Assembly: GCA_964599235.1 (NCBI GenBank)
Contig: CAZRDX010000009.1
Span: 24,396 to 88,395, forward strand
DNA length: 64,000 bases
From: an uncultured Rikenellaceae bacterium
GTDB lineage: Bacteria > Bacteroidota > Bacteroidia > Bacteroidales > VadinHA17
Reading direction: 5' to 3'
Shown piece after piece: positions 58,701 to 64,000 of this stretch. The position numbers and the translations under genes were made by a program. Below the pieces are notes generated by a model that worked only from the letters and a program-made list of their open reading frames with translations, did not search any database and was not told where the DNA came from. Numbering within the stretch: position 1 is the stretch's first letter; every line of letters starts with the position of its first letter.

Positions 58701-59945
58701 ATCGAAATGTCCGTCGGCTATGGGACCGGTGACAATAATCGTGATCTTCAGATCGTCTGTCTCCAGGAATTTTTTTGAGAACTGTTCCGATTCGAACATT
58801 TTATGGATCAGCCGGAAGCCTGTTTCTATCCGTTTTCGCACGATAATCCTTGTGGGCTGCAGGAAAATGATGTTCTCGGTCAGGAAATTTTCCACCACCC
58901 GGGTTTTGTTGTAACCAATCAGAATGGGACGCGGATTTTTCTCGCTCACCAGCCCTCGTTTGATCACATCGTTCACCGAGTAAGCCACCAGCGACTCTTC
59001 ATACCGGCTCAATACCTGTTCGAACTGATAGAAAGTATTGAGCTTGTCCCTTTTGGAAACATTCCGGTAGGGTTCCAGGTTGACTGCCGTACCGATCTCG
59101 GTCACGTTGACCGGGTTGTGGCCGTTCTCACGGATCACGTGGCGGCTCTGGCGCTGGTTGATGTTCACCGTGATCCACGTACGCGACTCCCACGGGAATA
59201 GCATCTCAATGAGCGAAAAGACCTCACCGAGATGGGCATTGGTGAAAAAGAAATCACGAGGCCCTTTCCTGGCACGCCCCAATGCAATATCCACAGGACG
59301 GCTGCCACCCTCCCAATAGTAGTCATGGCAATTATTGATCACCGGGATCCCCATCAGTTCGGATACCAGCACTGTGGCAAGGGTCAGCGAAACGTTGCCC
59401 GGATTGGAAGCTACATTCACAATATAAAGCAACGCTATGCGATTGCGCTCAACATATTTCGCAAGCTTCTCGGCAATGACCAATGTCTCGTTCCACAGTT
59501 CAAGAATGAGGCGGTTGTATTCCGGACTGCCTCTTTCAAGCCTTGTAAAGAAAAGATCCTTGTAGTGCTTCCACTTGTCAAAAGCCTTTGCTTCTTCGAT
59601 GGTGTATTTCTTCCACTCTTTTTTGATCACCTTGTAGGAATCCGGACGGAATTCACCGGCAATAAGATGGATGGTCAGTTCGTTAAGCCAGTATTTAAGA
59701 CTGTCAATGTATTTCAGGATCTCATTGGTCACTCCATCTACCGAATAAGCATAGGTCATGATACCTATGCCACGCGACTGGAGGTGTCCGAAATATTCGT
59801 TGATGTCGCCCTGGAACTCTGCCACCGGTACAGGATTGTTTTCCCGGATCCGGTCGAGATACAGGCCCAGGTCGAACCAGGTCTCGATCTTTTCTTTCTT
59901 CAGAGAACGGACCAGCTCTCTGGCACTCATCCTGTATTTTTGCAT
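55761..59945 (-). CDS. giant fusion protein: N-terminal GT4-like glycosyltransferase + unassigned central region + C-terminal phosphodiester glycosidase (NAGPA/DUF2233-like) domain
   Basis: Continuous ORF of about 1400 aa; first ATG at 59945, with the ORF-track start being TTG at 59978. The GT part has GIPVINNCHDYYWEGG and the EX7E motif EGRGLPIIEA. The C-terminal part has WNGGYILN...EAGPMLVDNG...PKIAAGIDAQGNLSVLTVNGR...AMGFDPGGSSTL, typical of the NAGPA-like family. No signal peptide or TM segment is visible. Confidence 0.75.
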   Translation of the reverse strand: MQKYRMSARELVRSLKKEKIETWFDLGLYLDRIRENNPVPVAEFQGDINEYFGHLQSRGIGIMTYAYSVDGVTNEILKYIDSLKYWLNELTIHLIAGEFRPDSYKVIKKEWKKYTIEEAKAFDKWKHYKDLFFTRLERGSPEYNRLILELWNETLVIAEKLAKYVERNRIALLYIVNVASNPGNVSLTLATVLVSELMGIPVINNCHDYYWEGGSRPVDIALGRARKGPRDFFFTNAHLGEVFSLIEMLFPWESRTWITVNINQRQSRHVIRENGHNPVNVTEIGTAVNLEPYRNVSKRDKLNTFYQFEQVLSRYEESLVAYSVNDVIKRGLVSEKNPRPILIGYNKTRVVENFLTENIIFLQPTRIIVRKRIETGFRLIHKMFESEQFSKKFLETDDLKITIIVTGPIADGHFDYFKKLLRRFQILLDSLQEEYRSRVYLAFLFSELDKEVFKKRFRNPVGIPQLYNISSLVLLPSETEGRGLPIIEAAAAGKPIFCRRYYPEHVYSEVIGEHLPETDRLKVIEYDGRTISNKQVEAIIRRVFFPHLFTEEFEHNRNVVRKRYSQDTLNRNMYQILEMVYHQQQSNCSNMEKVRQAFREYRKTFDFEDENLKKILDTRNREYLPGFSRLGFMIYLKSLIDPSAFRVEEQNTRGMVFEFAKEICERNPAQLPLEKKILFFNAVDNIFRYRKGELSIRHDHSFAYRHRNRNYYPYRDYTFQEITGLVNYLYRHLLKRKYSEKLNTSTQFFTDWNLAIAQLTGSDHLGIDNRDILMRKMKENVPIIIFPGAQILYALEFFALQSIRSRLGLKLMEELTEKRLLRSKVKIAPVYIFLQSNPISNWVSTETIVKYIRGATDREMYLLYKHGLLKFVNTNQWTVGIHFAQLGKVPLKILRRVSEARGLLITDRLNATVMTDIVEIDRIHIGRAENPLIANILGIPLKSGFIQYVPAGVRPTLSYPTPVQTAAQFNEYLHSEEVKELVEKIGWERFIEAVQEDARKNGSPLRHVVQMLKKKDKEEGMVAYRFLSGVYADGYPWSGALATTRPAPKGKKWQFQTLYSTGRTKRVTDFVGEFEQKEKKQVEIAWNGGYILNPELVGKLGLPESYIGSPLGLLISHGRMLCPPLFNKPALLIHRDGTLDIRRVSVREGFVLRKNGKEIRFDAGNRNGCKDPQAPCFYDLMNDVEVIDGEGRVFVRLAGNVIKDVIRTHPGEELRFIPVGLTLSFPADLFPEELATIGEEVELVVPGLEEVVHAVEAGPMLVDNGEVCIDMEVEGWKTKNSIRTQAARLDFTDMRGPKIAAGIDAQGNLSVLTVNGRIRESVGATHFDMARILKEQGLVKAMGFDPGGSSTLVVGDKVLNISPYNHRYEENIYALPPEPRAVANAVVGYLEEES

Positions 59946-60025
59946 GGCATGAAAAATTTTCCGGGCTGCTTTCTGCAAAAGCCACCTTTCTTAAGGTGGA
60001 GAATATAACGAAAATTTGTCGATCC

Positions 60026-60475
60026 TCAAACACCGGAGAGAGGTATCTTCTTCACTCTCCTGGCATGTCTACCCCCGTCGAAGGATGTGTTCAGGAAAGT
60101 CTTCACGATCACCACTGCCTGAGGCAGATCGATGAACCTCCCCGGCAAAGCACAGATATTGGCATCATTATGAGCACGCGCCAACCTTCCTATTTCTTCA
60201 CACCAGCACAACGCAGAACGTATTCCCTGATGCTTGTTGGCGGTCATGGAGATCCCGTTTCCGCTCCCGCAAATGGTGATGCCCATATCATAACGCCCCT
60301 CTTCAATATCCTGAGCAATACGATGCGCAAAATCAGGATAATCAACACTTTCATCTGAGTAAGTACCCAAATCGGACAAAAGGATCCCCTCCTCTTTCCT
60401 GAAATATTCAATTAATCCTTCTTTCAGATGGTAACCTGCATGGTCCGATGTAATGGCGATCCTGCGTTCACTCAT
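60026..60475 (-). CDS. rpiB: ribose 5-phosphate isomerase B
   Basis: IAITSDHAGYHLKE...ICGSGNGISMTANK...RHARRV, typical of RpiB/LacAB. It ends 47-80 nt upstream of the giant gene on the same strand. Confidence 0.9.
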   Translation of the reverse strand: MSERRIAITSDHAGYHLKEGLIEYFRKEEGILLSDLGTYSDESVDYPDFAHRIAQDIEEGRYDMGITICGSGNGISMTANKHQGIRSALCWCEEIGRLARAHNDANICALPGRFIDLPQAVVIVKTFLNTSFDGGRHARRVKKIPLSGV

Positions 60476-60858
60476 GATTGTTGATAATTTGTTATTTTCT
60501 ATTCAGAATTTTCCTGAAAAATATTCATTCACCCTTTTTCACTTCCTTCCTTAAAAAATTGCTGTAAAGATAAAAACCTGCGCTCTCTTTTTCACACTCT
60601 GGTTTTCAACATGACATTGAACACCCTAGTATCAGATCCCTTTGTAAAAAAGAATTATTAACATTGCAGCTCATGTTGTTAAGAATTGCAAAAATTATTA
60701 GAACAATGATAGATATAAGAAAGTTCCCTGTTGAATTCTTCTTGAAGGACCGGGTAAAAAAATGGATAATTGCAGTCTCCGTATTTTTGCACAATATCAA
60801 CCGGATATATTCTTTATCATAAATATAAATACATAAGGTAAATAATAAATATAATAAG

Positions 60859-61851
60859 ATGTTGGATATAATAAAGGCAGTGGAACAGAGGGGGTACATA
60901 GATCTTCCTGCCCCGGCTGGGGAGAAACTGATAGATGAAATACATAAGCTGAAGGAAGAGAGGGATGCGGTTATCCTTGCCCATTACTATCAGCGTCCCG
61001 AAGTGCAGGATATAGCTGATTTCACGGGTGACAGTCTGGCACTTGCTTCCATTGCCTCGCGTACCGATGCCCGCATCATTCTCTTCGCAGGAGTCCACTT
61101 CATGGCCGAAACAGCCAAGATCCTCTCACCGGAAAAGAAAGTGCTTCTGCCTGATCTGAATGCCGGCTGTTCCATGGCTGATTCATGTCCGGCAGAAGAC
61201 TTCAGAAAGTTCATTGAAAAATATCCGGAAAGTGTGGTGATCACATACGTCAACACCACTGCCGATGTGAAAACGATGTCGGACCTGGTGTGCACTTCCA
61301 GCAATGCGGTGGAAGTCGTACGGTCGGTACCGGAGGACAAAAGGATCATTTTTGCACCGGACAAGAATCTGGGGGAATATGTGAAGGAAATCACCGGAAG
61401 AGATATGATCCTTTGGGATGGAGCTTGTCATGTGCACAGGAGATTTTCTTTGAAAAAGATCATGGATCTGAAAGGGAAACACCCGGATGCCAGTATCATA
61501 GCTCATCCGGAATGTGAGAAGGATATCCGGGGATTGGCTGATTTCATTGGATCTACTTCACAACTCATCGATTATGTACGAAAAAACAAAGGAAAAACGT
61601 ATATTGTAGCTACTGAACCTGGGGTGATCCATCAGATGAAGAAGGAGAGTGCGGGAAGTGAGTTCATTCCCGCACCACCTGCATTATCCGGAGAATGTGC
61701 ATGCAGTGAGTGTGAATATATGAAAATGATTACGCTGGAGAAAATATACAATACCTTATTGTATGAGCTTCCTGAAATCCACCTCGATGAGGAGACTGTC
61801 AGGAGAGCTGCACTGCCGATCAGGAGAATGTTTGAAGTAACTGGTAAATGA
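60859..61851 (+). CDS. nadA: quinolinate synthase
   Basis: ILAHYYQRPEVQDIADFTGDSL, FAGVHFMAETAKIL, and the CSEC cysteine context near the C-terminus. Confidence 0.92.
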   Translation: MLDIIKAVEQRGYIDLPAPAGEKLIDEIHKLKEERDAVILAHYYQRPEVQDIADFTGDSLALASIASRTDARIILFAGVHFMAETAKILSPEKKVLLPDLNAGCSMADSCPAEDFRKFIEKYPESVVITYVNTTADVKTMSDLVCTSSNAVEVVRSVPEDKRIIFAPDKNLGEYVKEITGRDMILWDGACHVHRRFSLKKIMDLKGKHPDASIIAHPECEKDIRGLADFIGSTSQLIDYVRKNKGKTYIVATEPGVIHQMKKESAGSEFIPAPPALSGECACSECEYMKMITLEKIYNTLLYELPEIHLDEETVRRAALPIRRMFEVTGK

Positions 61852-63440
61852 TATTCGGAAAAAAAATAACGGGTAGTGCGATCTTGGGAGCGGTCCTGTT
61901 CTTCAGCACCACGGTCGGAGGTTTCGCCCAAAAAAATGAGGTGAATCCCAATGGTTACAACCGCTTTTATTATCCTAACGGTCAAATATCATCGGAGGGG
62001 ATGATGCGGAATGGGAAACCGGATGGATACTGGATCACATATTATGTGACAGGAGTTAAGAAATCGGAAGGAAAGCGGGTCAATTTCCTGCTCGACAGTA
62101 CCTGGATCTTTTACAACCAACTGGGAGATACACTGGAAAAGATCGAATATAAGTATGGCAAGAAGAACGGATATGACATAAAGTACGGATACATAGACAA
62201 GGGGGATGGGATCGTAGGCTATATCAAATCCAAAGAACTGTATGTCAATGACAAAAGAGAGGGGGAAGCTTATTATTATTATCCTTCCGGTAAGCTGAAA
62301 GAGATCGTTCCGTATCGGGAGGGGAAAAAAGAGGGCACGGGTAAGGTCTTCGATGAGAAAGGAAATATCATAACCATCAAGGAATACCATCGGGATAACC
62401 TTGTGGAAAGGACCCGTATTAACCGTTACAATAGGAACGGTAACAAGGAAGGGAGGTGGATCACATTCTATCCGGACGGAAAAAAACATACAGAGGCCAA
62501 CTATAAAGACGGCAGACTGGAAGGTTATTACAAGGAGTACGACAGGGTCGGGAACCTGACGCTGGTATTGTTTTACAGGGACGGTAAGCTGGTCGATCTC
62601 ACTGAAGGCAACGATACGATCGCCACGCCGGTGGACATCCGGAACAAATACGATGAAGAGGGTAATCTTGTTGAAAGCGGGGCTTATCGGAATGGTGTAC
62701 CCATCGGGATACACAGAAAGTACAACAAAGAAGGAAAGGTGATCGGAGCAAGGATCTATGACAACAACGGCAAAGTCGTGGCCGAAGGGATCGTCACGGA
62801 AAAAGGTGAGAAAGAAGGGAAATGGAAATTTTATTACGAGAACGGCCAAGTCAGGGCTGAAGGAAGGTATGTCAGGAATATGCGTACCGGCACCTGGAAA
62901 TTTTACGACCGGAACGGCAGGATCGAGCAGACGGGAAGCTACCGGAACGGCAAACCGGAAGGAACATGGCAATGGTTTTATGAGGATGGAACTCTCAGAA
63001 GAGAGGAGGAATATTTCAATGGAAAAGAGGACGGTCACTATGTTGAGTACGATCGTGACGGAAATATGATAGCTGAAGGGAATTACATAGAGGGTGAAAA
63101 GGACGGAATATGGAAGATCCATGTGGGGGACATCATCCAGGAAGGAAAATACATCGTGGGACTCAAAGAAGGTGTATGGAAGTATTACTATCCCAACGGA
63201 AAGCTGATGTACGAAGGACGTTTTGTCCAGGGACTTCCCGATGGTAAACATAAGCTTTATTATCCCAACGGGGTCTTGCGTGAAGAGAGATATTATTCGA
63301 GAGGTCTTAGGCAGAGGACCTGGAAGAAGTACGATCCGGACGGAAATCTTCTGATTTCGATCACATACAAGGATGATGTGGAGAAAAGGATCAACGGGGT
63401 TCGGATCAACCTTGAGAAGGATGTTAAAACGATCAGATAG
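61848..63440 (+). CDS. secreted MORN-variant (YwqK-like) repeat protein
   Basis: A signal peptide is followed by about 20 tandem ~23-aa units of the pattern G.K.G.W..YY.NG....EG.Y..G. Its ATG overlaps the nadA TGA (ATGA). Confidence 0.8.
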   Translation: MIFGKKITGSAILGAVLFFSTTVGGFAQKNEVNPNGYNRFYYPNGQISSEGMMRNGKPDGYWITYYVTGVKKSEGKRVNFLLDSTWIFYNQLGDTLEKIEYKYGKKNGYDIKYGYIDKGDGIVGYIKSKELYVNDKREGEAYYYYPSGKLKEIVPYREGKKEGTGKVFDEKGNIITIKEYHRDNLVERTRINRYNRNGNKEGRWITFYPDGKKHTEANYKDGRLEGYYKEYDRVGNLTLVLFYRDGKLVDLTEGNDTIATPVDIRNKYDEEGNLVESGAYRNGVPIGIHRKYNKEGKVIGARIYDNNGKVVAEGIVTEKGEKEGKWKFYYENGQVRAEGRYVRNMRTGTWKFYDRNGRIEQTGSYRNGKPEGTWQWFYEDGTLRREEEYFNGKEDGHYVEYDRDGNMIAEGNYIEGEKDGIWKIHVGDIIQEGKYIVGLKEGVWKYYYPNGKLMYEGRFVQGLPDGKHKLYYPNGVLREERYYSRGLRQRTWKKYDPDGNLLISITYKDDVEKRINGVRINLEKDVKTIR

Positions 63441-63451
63441 GTTCAGTTTCG

Positions 63452-64000
63452 ATGGCTGAAGAGGTGAACATGTATGAATTGGCGGGACGCCCGGAGGACC
63501 GGGATTACGAGAACAGGCTGAGACCGGTTAGTTTCGATGATTTCACGGGTCAGCCTGCCGTACTGTCCAACCTGAAGGTGTTCGTCAAGGCGGCGATGAT
63601 GCGGGGAGAAGCGCTTGACCATGTCCTGTTCCACGGCCCCCCGGGCCTTGGTAAGACCACCTTGGCCAGGATCGTGGCACATGAGCTGGGTGTTGACATC
63701 AAGACCACTTCCGGACCGGTACTGGACAAGCCGGGCGACCTGGCAGGACTCCTTACATCCCTGGAACCCAATGATGTACTGTTCATCGATGAGATACACC
63801 GTCTTTCCCCTGTGGTGGAAGAATATCTCTATTCCGCGATGGAGGATTACAAGATTGACATCATGATCGATAAAGGACCGAGCGCGCGCAGTGTCCGGAT
63901 CAGTCTCAATCCTTTCACACTGGTTGGAGCCACTACACGCAGCGGATTGCTGACCAGCCCGTTGCGTGCACGGTTCGGTATCAAGTTCCATCTGGAATAT
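63452..64000 (+). CDS. ruvB: Holliday junction branch migration helicase RuvB, N-terminal part (3' end outside the window)
   Basis: My own translation from ATG 63452 gives [34 protein letters not shown]...[16 protein letters not shown] (Walker A)...[10 protein letters not shown] (Walker B)...LVGATTR. It is missing from the ORF track because no stop codon falls within the window. Confidence 0.93.
   Translation, partial: MAEEVNMYELAGRPEDRDYENRLRPVSFDDFTGQPAVLSNLKVFVKAAMMRGEALDHVLFHGPPGLGKTTLARIVAHELGVDIKTTSGPVLDKPGDLAGLLTSLEPNDVLFIDEIHRLSPVVEEYLYSAMEDYKIDIMIDKGPSARSVRISLNPFTLVGATTRSGLLTSPLRARFGIKFHLEY

Noticed and set aside
60606-61098. ORFs 60606-60899 (-) and 60817-61098 (-) in and next to the AT-rich spacer.
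   Set aside because: They give low-complexity, Ile/Leu/Tyr/Phe-rich translations of AT-rich DNA. The second overlaps the well-supported nadA start.
57500-63450. The low-GC block was considered as a prophage or integrative mobile element.
   Set aside because: There is no integrase, transposase, tRNA attachment site, direct repeats or phage genes. The block contains housekeeping rpiB and nadA. It is kept only as a compositional or mosaic observation.
63443-63991. A 182-aa minus-strand ORF at the right edge of the window.
   Set aside because: It is antisense to an unmistakable RuvB N-terminus (Walker A and B motifs) that I translated by hand from ATG 63452. RuvB is missing from the ORF track only because it runs off the window.

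Overview
This 64-kb chromosomal window reads like a moderately GC-rich Bacteroidota genome. Supporting signs are a gldA-type gliding-motility ABC ATPase, TAnnTTTG-type -7 promoter boxes, many lipoprotein-type signal peptides, and DUF2147 and MORN-variant families. All family calls come from reading the translated ORFs and recognising motifs; no database search was run.

I support 48 protein-coding genes, two of them cut by the window edges. I found no rRNA, tRNA, CRISPR array, transposase or integrase.

Gene content from left to right:
- A sugar or amino-sugar cluster: ROK kinase, CBM9-like protein, PPi-type phosphofructokinase, PIG-L deacetylase, double-SIS protein, second ROK kinase.
- fadD-like ligase, ispD, a lactonase, cysS, DUF2147 with a TetR regulator, rnr, and a patatin-like lipase.
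- A four-gene methionine operon, metY-metX-metH-metF, behind a clear SAM-I riboswitch.
- A DUF1972-type glycosyltransferase and a GH31-like lipoprotein.
- A sodium:solute symporter translationally coupled to a secreted TPR-CHAT protein.
- gldA, then metK with a possible SAM-II/V-like pseudoknot in its leader.
- A GNAT-like protein, a HAD hydrolase, and a TetR-TolC-MFP-RND efflux operon.
- An orphan SiaB/RsbW-like HATPase protein with a degenerate second half.
- A DUF134 plus NifX-like pair, comF, a sirtuin lacking the usual Zn-site cysteines, and dnaG.
- Two paralogous lipoproteins, a 1011-aa multidomain ABCG-like transporter, a membrane-anchored coiled-coil protein, and a GT4-like glycosyltransferase.
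- hemW, a ~1400-aa fusion protein, rpiB, nadA, a MORN-variant repeat protein, and the start of ruvB.

The most unusual locus is 53.3-60.0 kb. A giant, apparently cytoplasmic protein fuses a GT4-like glycosyltransferase domain to about 450 aa of unassigned sequence and a C-terminal phosphodiester-glycosidase (NAGPA-like) domain. Its glycosyltransferase domain is paralogous to the stand-alone glycosyltransferase nearby. Its stop codon overlaps the hemW start. A marked GC shift runs through the gene: about 60% GC at the C-terminal end and about 40% at the N-terminal end.

The many long ORFs antisense to real genes are treated as GC-driven shadow ORFs.
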